Source of the DNA: Candidatus Omnitrophota bacterium
GTDB lineage: Bacteria; Ratteibacteria; UBA8468; MWAK01
Assembly (NCBI GenBank): GCA_043826355.1
Contig: JBDRQI010000006.1
Span: forward strand, 1-63,407
Length of the DNA stretch: 63,407 nucleotides
Reading direction: 5' to 3'
Each line of letters begins with the position of its first letter. Position 1 is the first letter of the stretch. The notes under the pieces are model-generated. The model was not told where the DNA came from. It saw nothing but the letters and a program-made list of their open reading frames with translations, and did no database searches. This document shows, piece by piece, positions 1 to 9,472 of the stretch. The translations under genes and the position numbers were made by a program.

Positions 1-71
1 CCTTTTCGGAGCATTATACAACACGCGGTCTGCTTGGCAAATTATTCTGGGGGATTACTGGACTACAGGGG

Positions 72-141
72 GGTGGCTCCTTTGAGCGGAATAGGTGGCT
101 CCTTTACCGGAATGGGTGGCTCCTTTGGACCGGAATACGCA
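72..141. mobile_element. Terminal end of an IS21-family insertion sequence (body lies left of the window)
   Basis: Three tandem GGTGGCTCCTTT-N2-4-CGGAAT units ending ...CCGGAATACGCA (reverse complement TGCGTATTCCGG). Multiple subterminal repeats and a CA-3' terminus are typical of IS21 ends. Confidence 0.75.
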
Positions 142-1114
142 ACAAATGATGAAATCTCAATATGCCGAAGGTTTAATGCAATTAGCGTTTGGTTATAGAT
201 TTTTGAAGTTAGGAGCTCAAAATTTAGAATTCGAACCTGAAGCGCAAGGCGGAAAATTAGGAGATATATTTTTTAAATTAGAAGGTAATTATTATATGGT
301 GGAATGTTATATACCAAGAAACAAAAGTTACATGGACAGCTCTATGGAAATACAATATTGTGTAGGCCCGATTTTTAAAGCAGCTGATTCTGTAAATAAA
401 ATTGTGAAAGTTTATATTGCATTAAAGAAAAGTATTGGTCAGCAAGAAAGGAAAGAAATTCAAAGAATGGTTATTAATGCTATTAAACAACCTACTCAAT
501 ATAAACATCTAGACATTGAGAATGCTTTTGCTAAAGTTGCCATCGATGATATTAAAAATATGAAAGAGAATAATGATTTTCTTCTGTCTAATCTAACAAA
601 TTCGTATGGAAAACCTGATTGGGAAATGCGTCAAAGAAAAGTACCTCGGAACAGAAAAACAATACTTCAGGTTAGAAAAGGGGAATATAAATACGAAGGG
701 ATTCATAGTGTGGTGTTAGGTGAAGGACCTGAATCAGAAAAGAAAGAATTGTCTCCAGGAGAAAGAATAAAAGAATTAACAAAAAAAATAGAGAATAAAC
801 TGGTTCAAACTAGAACTGTTAATAATCAAGCACGACGTATTATTATTGCCGAAGTAGTTGAAGGGCGAAAACTTATTGCTGAAAGAGATACTAATTCTGC
901 TCATATTTGTCATCAAATTCAACAGAAAATAATCTCAAAGCATTCTAATGTATCTGCTTTGTTTCTTTGTGTAAGAACATGGACAGAAAAAATGAGGCAT
1001 ATTTATATAGGGGTAATTCTTTTAGGGCGAGAAAAAGATGCTATTTCTAACCAACTTATTAATAAGTTAATCGATGTTGAAAATAGAACCGAATGGTTAA
1101 ACGACTGGAGATAG
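142..1114 (+). pseudogene. 5'-truncated low-GC hypothetical protein, possibly PD-(D/E)xK nuclease-like, interrupted by the IS21 end
   Basis: The first ~16 codons of ORF 95..1114 are read from the IS repeats. The remainder has a nuclease-like GDIFF...VECY segment. Confidence 0.5.
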
Positions 1115-1403
1115 AATGAAAAATGAAACCAATAATATTAAACTTAACCGTACCCCTAAAATGGATTGCTTTAACCCTCCTTCTCCTCCACCCCCTATCC
1201 CAGGCCTTCAAAAATCCTCTCCCCATCGTTTGGTTACGCCTTGGTCTTGTTCCCAAATTACCGGTTGACCCCGGAACGCAGGAAGAAGTAAAATCTGGAA
1301 GGTACTTATCGTGGTTCTTTTCATAACTTTCATTGCATATCAGCTTATTTAAATAGACAAGCGAATCAGTTTCATAAAGGGAAGGACCAATCATAAGGAG
1401 AAA

Positions 1404-1461
1404 CGCTAACAATTCATTCTGTCGGATGACTTACAGCGCCCGCTGATTTCAGTCGTTAGAC
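1404..1461 (+). other. Integron attC-like recombination site (degenerate)
   Basis: CGCTAAC-AATTC-ATTCTGTC...GCTGATT-TCAGTC-GTTAGAC. It has the RYYYAAC/GTTRRRY cores and spacer layout of short aadA-type attC sites, and the next ATG follows 11 bp later. Confidence 0.55.
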
Positions 1462-1472
1462 GATAAGAAACA

Positions 1473-2387
1473 ATGAGAGCTTTTGTTGGAATAACCGACC
1501 GAGATTGGTTTAATCTTCTGAGCAGTTACTCGCAATTGGAGGAAGTAAATTTCTGGCAACCCTCCGGAAACCGACAATTCAGAGCGCTCAGTCCCGGCGA
1601 ACTATTTCTGTTCAAGCTGCATAGTCCTGAGAACTTTATCGTAGGCGGGGGTGTTTTCGCCCACTCAAGTTTGTTACCCATCAGTCTTGCATGGGAATCT
1701 TTTGGCGTCTCAAACGGTGCGAGAAGCCTTTTAGAGATGCGTGCACGAGTAACCAAATACCGCCGCCGACAAGGAGAGGATCACACGGCGGACTACACGA
1801 TTGGATGCATACTGCTAGAGCAGCCATTTTTCTTGCCTCAGGAATCATGGATTCCGATTCCTTCAGACTGGAGCGCTAATATTGTTCAGGGCCGTGGATA
1901 TGAGCTATCTGTTGAACCAGGACTGTCCCTTTGGAATCAGCTACAATCAGCGTTGTCTACCGTACCGGCTTTAAGTGAGGGTAGGCCGCAATACGGGGAA
2001 CCCGTTCTCGTGTTCCCGCGTCTCGGCCAGGGATCGTTTCGCGTGCTTGTTACTGATGCATATGAACGTCGTTGCGCATTAACAGGCGAGCGTACACTCC
2101 CGGCACTTGACGCAGTACATATTAAACCGTACTCTGAGAGCAGACTTCATCTAGTACGCAATGGAATACTTTTTCGTCGCGATTTGCATGCCCTGTTTGA
2201 TAAGGGCTATATTACTGTCACACCGTCGATGCGTGTTGAGGTCAGTCGCCGAATAAAGGAGGAGTTTGAGAACGGCAGGGATTATTATCGACATCAGGGC
2301 AACGTCATAAGGTTACCCGTGAATCCAATAGATCAACCATCGCCAGAATTTCTAGATTGGCACAATGCCAATATTTACAGAGGATGA
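1473..2387 (+). CDS. Putative HNH restriction endonuclease (COG3440-like)
   Basis: N-terminal EVNFWQPSG domain. C-terminal R.GQG.FR..V..AY...CALTG...HIKP...NG...R.D.H.LFD HNH motif. Confidence 0.85.
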   Translation: MRAFVGITDRDWFNLLSSYSQLEEVNFWQPSGNRQFRALSPGELFLFKLHSPENFIVGGGVFAHSSLLPISLAWESFGVSNGARSLLEMRARVTKYRRRQGEDHTADYTIGCILLEQPFFLPQESWIPIPSDWSANIVQGRGYELSVEPGLSLWNQLQSALSTVPALSEGRPQYGEPVLVFPRLGQGSFRVLVTDAYERRCALTGERTLPALDAVHIKPYSESRLHLVRNGILFRRDLHALFDKGYITVTPSMRVEVSRRIKEEFENGRDYYRHQGNVIRLPVNPIDQPSPEFLDWHNANIYRG

Positions 2388-2416
2388 AACAGGACGTTCA
2401 TTAAGGGGAGGTAGAA

Positions 2417-3475
2417 ATGTTAGAAGAGATGAAATTATTTATTGACCGACTCAAGGCAGATAAGAAAATTCCTTCATTTGATGAGGCTGCAACAAAGCAG
2501 GCTGTTATTCTCAGACTCCTGGCCTTTTTAGGATGGGACACGTTTAATATTGATGAGGTAACGCCGGAATACGCAGTCTCTGGCAAAAGAGTTGACTATT
2601 CCTTGAGAATCAGTAACCTTAACAAGGTTTTTATCGAAGTCAAAAGAATAGAAACTGAACTGGACAATCACCAGGAGCAGTTACTAAACTACTCGTTTCA
2701 GCAAGGCATTAAACTCGCTATTTTGACCAATGGAATTACGTGGTATTTTTATCTTCCCTTGAATGAAGGTAGCTGGGAACAAAGAAAATTTTACACAATT
2801 GATATTCTTCAGCAGAATTCTTCTGATATCGCTTCAAAATTCGAGGATTTTTTATCTAAAGAAAATATTGTGAGTGGACAAGCGATTCAAAATGCACAGG
2901 CGATCTATGCAGGACAACAGAAAAAGAACATATTGGAGCAGACACTACCGAAAGCTTGGAATAAAATTGTTGAAGAAGCTGACGACTTGCTTATTGAACT
3001 CATAGGCGAAACAACCGAGAAGATATGTGGGTTTAAGGCTGATACAGAACTTATCGAACATTTCTTATCCAAAAACAAGAACGTTCTGTTGATTTTCAAC
3101 CAAAAAGAAAGCAGGCCAGTGTTACAAACGTCACCAACACCGATGACCACGGGGAATTATACGGGGAAAAACATTTCATCTTTCTATTTCCGTGACTCAA
3201 AATATGAGGTTAGGTCGTGGAAAAATTTGTTAATCAGGCTATGTGAAATTTTGAGTACCAACAGAATTGAATTCGACAAGGTCCTGACTATTGTTGGACG
3301 AAAGCGTCCATATTTTACACGTAATGCGAACGAACTGAGAGTTCCGGAAAAGATTAGAAACACGGACATTTATGTGGAGACAAACCTGAGTGCCAACAGT
3401 ATTGTGAAGTTCTGTTTTGAGGTGTTGGCTGTTCTCGGATATTCAGAAGCGGATTTGAAAATCGAAGCATCGTAG
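2417..3475 (+). CDS. HsdR_N-type PD-(D/E)xK restriction endonuclease fused to a SeqA-C-like domain
   Basis: EAATKQAVI, PEY, VDYSL, FIEVK, QLLNY and LTNG..W motifs. C-terminal GRKRPYF...IYVETNLS resembles the SeqA DNA-binding domain. Confidence 0.75.
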   Translation: MLEEMKLFIDRLKADKKIPSFDEAATKQAVILRLLAFLGWDTFNIDEVTPEYAVSGKRVDYSLRISNLNKVFIEVKRIETELDNHQEQLLNYSFQQGIKLAILTNGITWYFYLPLNEGSWEQRKFYTIDILQQNSSDIASKFEDFLSKENIVSGQAIQNAQAIYAGQQKKNILEQTLPKAWNKIVEEADDLLIELIGETTEKICGFKADTELIEHFLSKNKNVLLIFNQKESRPVLQTSPTPMTTGNYTGKNISSFYFRDSKYEVRSWKNLLIRLCEILSTNRIEFDKVLTIVGRKRPYFTRNANELRVPEKIRNTDIYVETNLSANSIVKFCFEVLAVLGYSEADLKIEAS

Positions 3476-3528
3476 CAGCAGAACTATACGTCTTTAGCAA
3501 TTAATGAAAACAGGGGAAGATAATTAGT

Positions 3529-4410
3529 ATGAAAAATAAGTCAGCGAAACCGAGTCTAAGGGCAATATCTTTTGGAGAGATTGTAGAAAGAATCTCAAAG
3601 TATCAGTACTATCCAAAACCTGGTGTCGCGCAATTGGATTTTGCTCTCTATCGATCTGATTGCATAGAATTAATGAGGGCCATTCCAGACAACAGCATTG
3701 ATTTGATTTTTGCAGACCCTCCATACTTTCTCTCCAATGGAGGCATTACCTGTCACGCTGGGAAGATGGTATCGGTCAATAAGGGCAAATGGGATGTGTC
3801 AAAAGGTGCAGAAGCAAACCATGAGTTTAATAAAGCCTGGTTACGAGAATGCCAAAGAATATTGACAAAGGACGGGACTATCTGGGTTTCCGGTACTGCT
3901 CACATCATACACTCGGTGGGATTTGCCATGCAACAACTGGGTTTCAAATTGCTCAACGACATAATCTGGTATAAAATTAACCCTCCGCCTAATCTGTCTT
4001 GTAGATATTTTACCCATTCCACAGAAACGATTACCTGGGCCGCGAAATCCTCTAAGAGTAAGCACATATTCAACTATTCCGAAATGAAGGCTGTAACAGG
4101 AAAACAGATGAAGAATGTGTGGCAAGATTTGTTTTGGGAGATTACTCCTCCAAAAGCCGGTGAGAAGAAATTTGGGAAACATCCTACACAAAAACCAGTT
4201 AAATTGCTTGAAAGAATAATCAAATCATCGTCTCGTGAGGGGCAGATTGTTCTTGACCCATTCAACGGCCATGGGACTACAGGTATTGTGGCACACAGAC
4301 TTCATAGGAAATATATTGGAGTCGATATTGAAAGGGGTTATTTGAACATAACTGTAAAACGAATAGAGGAAGCGTTGTCAAAGAAAGATACCGTCTTTGG
4401 AAAACGGTAG
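3529..4410 (+). CDS. Beta-class N6-adenine/N4-cytosine DNA methyltransferase, DpnA (M2.DpnII)-like
   Basis: IFADPPYFLSNGG...VSVNKGKWD, HPTQKP and LDPFNGHGTT motifs. Confidence 0.9.
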   Translation: MKNKSAKPSLRAISFGEIVERISKYQYYPKPGVAQLDFALYRSDCIELMRAIPDNSIDLIFADPPYFLSNGGITCHAGKMVSVNKGKWDVSKGAEANHEFNKAWLRECQRILTKDGTIWVSGTAHIIHSVGFAMQQLGFKLLNDIIWYKINPPPNLSCRYFTHSTETITWAAKSSKSKHIFNYSEMKAVTGKQMKNVWQDLFWEITPPKAGEKKFGKHPTQKPVKLLERIIKSSSREGQIVLDPFNGHGTTGIVAHRLHRKYIGVDIERGYLNITVKRIEEALSKKDTVFGKR

Positions 4411-4461
4411 AACAATCAGGCAAATATGTTTGGTAACCGCTTTTCTCTTACCACTTGAGTT

Positions 4462-5067
4462 TCACAAATACCACAGGTCCCTCACTTTGCCATCGTATTT
4501 TTTGTCCTTCCGATTCTCTGCGCAGACGTATTTTCTTAAAGGTGGTTGTCTGCTGCATACACTCATACAGAGATTGTCAATCTCTTTGGAGCCATAGATG
4601 GCTTGTCTTATCCAACCTTGAAAGAATAATGTCGGAGGGTCGAATTTGCTTTCTTTATGGTAACAGTATTCTTGTTCGATGATGAATAGTTGGCAGAGCT
4701 GTCCGATGATACACAATGGGTTCAGGAAATGTTCAAAATGTTCGCGCGCAAGATCTCGCAGTGCGTCCACCGGATCTGTCCCACAGAAAATATTATCAAA
4801 AGCTAACAATAAGTCGTTCACTTTATCCGGACGACTTCTAGCCCTCAAATGCAGGTCTATCATTACTCTTAGATGATTCGGACGAAATTCTCTGTTTTCT
4901 TCAAAGAGCCATATTTGAAAATTCTTCCGGACATTGTAGTCCTTAAATCGTTTGGACACCTTGGAAGGACGCAACAGTCCTACTTTCACGCCACCCTCTT
5001 CGTACACTATTTTCTTAGTATTGAATTCCAAGTCTCTGACTAGGCAAAACATCTGTCCCTTATCCAC
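4462..5067 (-). CDS. Hypothetical protein (201 aa) convergent with the methyltransferase
   Basis: Clean ORF with GGAGG RBS before a GTG start. No family recognised. Confidence 0.65.
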   Translation of the reverse strand: MDKGQMFCLVRDLEFNTKKIVYEEGGVKVGLLRPSKVSKRFKDYNVRKNFQIWLFEENREFRPNHLRVMIDLHLRARSRPDKVNDLLLAFDNIFCGTDPVDALRDLAREHFEHFLNPLCIIGQLCQLFIIEQEYCYHKESKFDPPTLFFQGWIRQAIYGSKEIDNLCMSVCSRQPPLRKYVCAENRKDKKYDGKVRDLWYL

Positions 5068-5256
5068 AAAAATCCTCCATAATATCTTCTTTTAGTATTA
5101 AAATTCTCGTTTCTTACACGCTGAATCTATGATACGCCATGGCTTTTTCCTGCGAGATACCCGGGAATGATAAACAATAATACCTTTTTAATACCACCAG
5201 AATAACACAAGCTGATTAAGCAGTCAATTATTTATATCAGAATACTGTAATTCCCA

Positions 5257-5920
5257 AACCAGCCCCTAAATTATTCGAAATCCACGAAAGTCTTCCTACC
5301 CGGATGAAACAATCCCAAGCCCAGCAAAAATTTGTTTCTGCTATATCCCTTCTCGCTTTTACGTAGTAAAGGAAATCCATCTGTAAAAACGTTGCCTTAG
5401 TATCTTTAGGTCTGGAAACCATTGAGCTGTGCGGCGGGAGGTGTTTGCAGAGGGTGCCGAAAATGGGCTCTTAATGGACTGTGCCGGAAAAGACGAAACT
5501 TGGGGAGGATTTTTGATTTACCCTTGTTTTTGGCCGGCAAAAGTGCAAAATATTCAATGGTGGTAATATTCCTACGGCCAAACTGAAGGTTGGATTTTAC
5601 CCCAACCAGCCCCTAAATACTCCGGAATTATCGAAAGTTTTCCTACCTGGTTGTAAAACTTCCCGAATCCCTGAATAGTTCCCCTGAGATTAGTTCCTCT
5701 CGCCCCTACTACGTAGATGGAAACTATGTTTTTGCCTCTACCTGCTGTACTAGAATAGGCGGAAAGGCTTATGTTTATTGGCCGGGTGGTATTTGCAGAG
5801 GGCCCGAAAAAGGGTGTCTTATAGGACTGTAGTCTACGACCCGTGAAATTACCGGGATTCCCGGGAAAACTATGTTTTACCCTGGTGAAAACCGGAATAA
5901 GTCAATGGGGATAGTATTCC
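5257..5920. repeat. Two diverged tandem non-coding copies, period ~347 bp (5257-5572 and 5604-5920)
   Basis: Shared collinear blocks: AACCAGCCCCTAAAT, CGAAAGTYTTCCTACCYGG, TCTCGC, ACGTAG, TTTGCAGAGGG, GGACTGT, TTTACCCT, TCAATGG..TA.TATTCC. Confidence 0.85.
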
Positions 5921-6199
5921 CAGGGGGTTCTGATGGCTAAAGTTAGGGTGTTACGGGGTATACCAAGAAGCCGTGTTTCCAATGTTATAAGTGTCGGGAG
6001 CCCCCTGCATTATCTCAGTTTCTTACCTTTGCTATCTCAAACGAAAGTACCCAACTTGTAAAAAAATCTGTCGATGATACCACATACATATTCATTCAAT
6101 CAAAATACCCCCACCCCCATTATTTGTTTACGCATGCCAGAATCTTTTACCCGGTTTTATTCTTCAGTTCTAATCCGTTGTTGGAAGGAGGTGATTTCT

Positions 6200-6391
6200 A
6201 TGAGGGCAGAAGAGGAACTGGCGGCCAGGGCCAGGAAGCTTGCCGAGGGTTGTATTCAGATTACGAAGGACCTGAGGGAGATAAGGCTTGCATTGTGCCC
6301 GGATCCTGAAGGTTGTCCACCATCGGAGAATGACCCCCTGGTCCAGATGTGTGACAGGAAGTGGGATGAATACCGACGGAATGGGGCCTGA
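6200..6391 (+). CDS. Small hypothetical protein (63 aa)
   Basis: Strong RBS AGGAGGTGA before the ATG at 6200. Confidence 0.55.
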   Translation: MRAEEELAARARKLAEGCIQITKDLREIRLALCPDPEGCPPSENDPLVQMCDRKWDEYRRNGA

Positions 6392-6468
6392 TGTTGTGTT
6401 GAAACTGTTGGTATCATTGATAATAATCTGGTTTGACGTCAAATACTATTGAAAGGAGGTGAAAAACA

Positions 6469-6897
6469 ATGCGTATTTTAGCGAATTACGGCTGCAGGAA
6501 CAACGGGGAAAACTTCTCAGTGACATTTGAGACCATGGGTGACGTGCCGAAAGAACAGGCAGACTCTGTTGTGGATAGTCTTTTCAACTTAGCTAAAGCC
6601 GCTGTCGAGAGGCAGATCAACCCGGAAGGTATCCCTGAATCCGCCCACCCCAAGACAGACAACGGCAATGGGAACGGCGGGAACGGCAAGCTGGATAAGA
6701 CGCCGGCCACAAAGAAACAGCTCTGGAAGCTGGGAGATTTACTTTCGGGATTGAATCCTGACATCCAGCATAGCATTTTCAAGTCTTTCCTGGGGAAAGA
6801 TGTGGGGACATATTCTGAATTGAACAAAGAAGAGGCCAGTCGCGTAATTGAGCATCTTCTTGCCAACCAGTTGAAGCTGGAAAGCATGCGCGTGTAG
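6469..6897 (+). CDS. Mobile-element hypothetical protein with C-terminal ATxKQ...EASxxI motif
   Basis: RBS AGGAGGTGA. The motif is common in phage and plasmid DNA-processing proteins. Confidence 0.7.
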   Translation: MRILANYGCRNNGENFSVTFETMGDVPKEQADSVVDSLFNLAKAAVERQINPEGIPESAHPKTDNGNGNGGNGKLDKTPATKKQLWKLGDLLSGLNPDIQHSIFKSFLGKDVGTYSELNKEEASRVIEHLLANQLKLESMRV

Positions 6898-7091
6898 CAG
6901 AAAGAAAGGGGCAAAACCGGGGCTGCAGACCTGGTTCACCCCCGGGAATGGCAGGTAACCCACCCACCCGGCAGCCTTATTTAGGCCTTTCTAACGTCGC
7001 TGGTGTGATTTTTACCTGTCGATGAATGGTATTACTCCACCCAGAAGACAATCTCCGTCCCTGATGAACATAAAAAGGAGGCGATCAAATT

Positions 7092-7304
7092 ATGTATTCT
7101 CCCAAATTATCAGAAGAGTTGGTAAAGAATCTGTATAAAATAGCCCAGGCGAAGAAGGTGTCCATGGCCAAACTGGTTAATGACATTGTTGCTGATGCCA
7201 TCCGGGATATCCGGGTTGAAGTCAGACTGGCCTGCGAAACAGCGCCGGAAACAAAGGAAGTCTACGTCATCGCTGACGATTCGTTAAAACAGACGGAGGC
7301 GTAA
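7092..7304 (+). CDS. Small ribbon-helix-helix-like DNA-binding protein
   Basis: MYSPKLSEELVKNLYKIAQAKKVSMAKLVN pattern; RBS AGGAGG. Confidence 0.6.
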   Translation: MYSPKLSEELVKNLYKIAQAKKVSMAKLVNDIVADAIRDIRVEVRLACETAPETKEVYVIADDSLKQTEA

Positions 7305-7745
7305 ATGTTGTACGTCAAGGAAATTGAACTGAAGTTTCGGAAGCGGCCGGCCATAGGCATTGAAGGCGCCAACATCTTCAGGCCGGAGGATGTCTGCTTC
7401 CTGGTCCGGGATATCAGAGACAGCGTGGTGGAGAAGATGCTGGCCCTTCACCTCAACAGCCGCAATGCGATTAATTGCGTCCAGGTGGTGAGCATCGGTA
7501 CGGTCAATTCGGCCCCGGTTAACCCGGCTGAGATTGCCAGAGTCGCCCTGCTGACCGCGTCAGTTGGAGTTCTGCTGGTACATAACCACCCGTCCGGTGA
7601 CACAGAACCATCCACGGATGACAGAAACATTACCGGTCAGGTCAAGCAGGCACTTGCTTTGTTCGGTATAGTCCTGGTTGACCATATCGTCGTTAGTGAC
7701 AGCGCCTGGTATTCCTTCAAGACCAGCGGTATCCTGGACTGTTAA
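7305..7745 (+). CDS. radC: RadC-like JAB domain protein
   Basis: E...HNHPSGDTEPSTDD...DHIVV JAMM motif; stand-alone mobile-element type. Confidence 0.9.
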   Translation: MLYVKEIELKFRKRPAIGIEGANIFRPEDVCFLVRDIRDSVVEKMLALHLNSRNAINCVQVVSIGTVNSAPVNPAEIARVALLTASVGVLLVHNHPSGDTEPSTDDRNITGQVKQALALFGIVLVDHIVVSDSAWYSFKTSGILDC

Positions 7746-7991
7746 ATTTCAGTTAATCCCGCCTGACCCATGCCCTCCATAAGGGGGACACCCTCAACAT
7801 TGATTATTGCCCGTGCTAACTATGGATTTCAGCAATAGAAATCGCTTTCCGAAGGGCAAGGCTACTCCCTTTTCCTGCTTATTTCAGCCTGGTTGGGATT
7901 GGGGATTATTAAAATCCAGCAAAATTCAACCTGTTTTAAGCCTGCTAACAAATTTTCATTTTGTTCAATTTTTACTTTCAGTGGAGGCCCA

Positions 7992-8345
7992 ATGAGCGTG
8001 GAGAAGATAAGTTTGAATGATGAATTTGCCGGATACACCGGCACGGAAGAGTATTTCAAGCATCTGTTTGGGATTGTTTACACGGACGGCGTGCATGCAG
8101 TGGCGGAGAAGTACAAAGCTTACTGGCTGATTGATGCAGTTGCTTCCTACCAGGGCAAGATGAAGAAAGAGCCGTTTCAACTCTGGGTAATGACCGCCGA
8201 GAACAACAAGGGCGTATTGGAGATGAGGACGGACAGCGATCAGCCGGTACTGGTAAGCCAGGAAATACCGTATACCGACTTCCCACCTGGAGAACTGAAA
8301 CTCTACCTTTGCGACGGCGTGTTGCTTTTACCCAGCGAATATTGA
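7992..8345 (+). CDS. DUF6876-family protein
   Basis: YTDGV...AYWLIDA..SYQ...QEIPYTDFP...LLLPSEY; RBS GGAGG. Confidence 0.8.
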   Translation: MSVEKISLNDEFAGYTGTEEYFKHLFGIVYTDGVHAVAEKYKAYWLIDAVASYQGKMKKEPFQLWVMTAENNKGVLEMRTDSDQPVLVSQEIPYTDFPPGELKLYLCDGVLLLPSEY

Positions 8346-8571
8346 AACTGCACCGGCACACCGGTTCCAACAGGCCCGTCCGTCTCGTAGAAGAGGGGTA
8401 GAATCTATGCTCCAAAAAAAACGACGGTCAGGATGGGTAATATGTCTACCCAGGTCAAAAGAAACTTTAGAATGGCAGTAAGCTGATATTTAGGTCCGGT
8501 CAATCCCACCCGGTTTTAGCCTACAAAAAGTCTTTCCTTTCGCTCAGTTTTTAACTTTAAGGGAGGTGAAA

Positions 8572-8760
8572 ATGAAGGTGATTGCGTATTCTGACGGAGA
8601 AAGGATTGAAAGTATCGTGGTTTTTGAGGATGATCGGAGCGCATGCCTGACCAGCCTGCAGAACGATGGGTATCTGATCGTCGGTGAGGAGGAGATACCG
8701 GCGTCTAGAGTTAGGAATTTCAACCGTTACTCCCGGGTAGAAAGGGACGAAAGGAGCTGA
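8572..8760 (+). CDS. Small hypothetical protein
   Basis: RBS GGGAGGTG. Confidence 0.5.
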   Translation: MKVIAYSDGERIESIVVFEDDRSACLTSLQNDGYLIVGEEEIPASRVRNFNRYSRVERDERS

Positions 8761-8834
8761 TGGTTACCCCCGACTTTTATGAAGGTTGCTGTTTGTGTTC
8801 CCTTCGCCGGAAAAGGAAGAGTCCGGAAACCTGC

Positions 8835-9398
8835 TCATCTTTCAGGTGCGCTTGATGTTTTAAGATATTTATCAAAACGTAATAATATGCCTAATAAGTA
8901 AAAACAAACTCCGGCCGCTAATGTAGCTATGGCATTTAAAAATAAGCGGTCAAGTTGCAGTAGTTTTATAACAGATATCATCGCACGGTAACCTACGAAT
9001 ATTATTAGTTGCCCAATCCCGAGAAGGACCGGTATTAAAAACCAAAAAATAAGAGACTGTAATAAAAAAGAGCGGATTTTGATATATTTCTGCCATAGAG
9101 GGAAAAGTAATGCTATGCCTGCGCCAATACCGCCGGAAAACAACACACTTAAAAACAACTGGTAGGCGGTTATCTTATGCACAAGCTGCGGAATCAAAAA
9201 AATAATCTGAACATGCCGTCCAACAACCCCGCTTACAAACCCCATTACTAAAAGTCTCGATATGACTTCTCTTTCATACCACTCTTTTCCGATGTATTTG
9301 ATGGTGAGAAACCTCATTACAAGCCAGAAGATTAGGATAAAAAGTATTACCGGCAGTATTGAAATCAAGACTCCCGACAGTCCCCCTAATTCCTTCAT
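8835..9398 (-). CDS. Integral membrane protein (~5 TM)
   Basis: Multiple hydrophobic segments. Confidence 0.7.
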   Translation of the reverse strand: MKELGGLSGVLISILPVILFILIFWLVMRFLTIKYIGKEWYEREVISRLLVMGFVSGVVGRHVQIIFLIPQLVHKITAYQLFLSVLFSGGIGAGIALLFPLWQKYIKIRSFLLQSLIFWFLIPVLLGIGQLIIFVGYRAMISVIKLLQLDRLFLNAIATLAAGVCFYLLGILLRFDKYLKTSSAPER

Positions 9399-9472
9399 TT
9401 TTAACTCCCGATTTTCAGCAACTTACCGAACTTCCCGTTTTTTTCAATCAAATTAACTTCAGCGAAGCGGCT

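Noticed and set aside
72..141. Three short repeats resembling a mini-CRISPR
   Set aside because: There are no spacers or cas genes, and the layout matches IS21 ends.
1059..1412. Short ORFs 1059..1412(-) and 1123..1326(+)
   Set aside because: No recognisable motifs or RBS; they cannot be supported as genes.
5237..5904. Minus-strand open frames in the duplicated block (LGAG motif in both)
   Set aside because: The second frame has no start codon, and similarity is confined to the nucleotide-conserved blocks.
6908..6960. GGCAAAACC hairpin resembling a c-di-GMP-I riboswitch
   Set aside because: It lacks the GAAA tetraloop and GCAAAG/P3 elements; a simple hairpin explains it.
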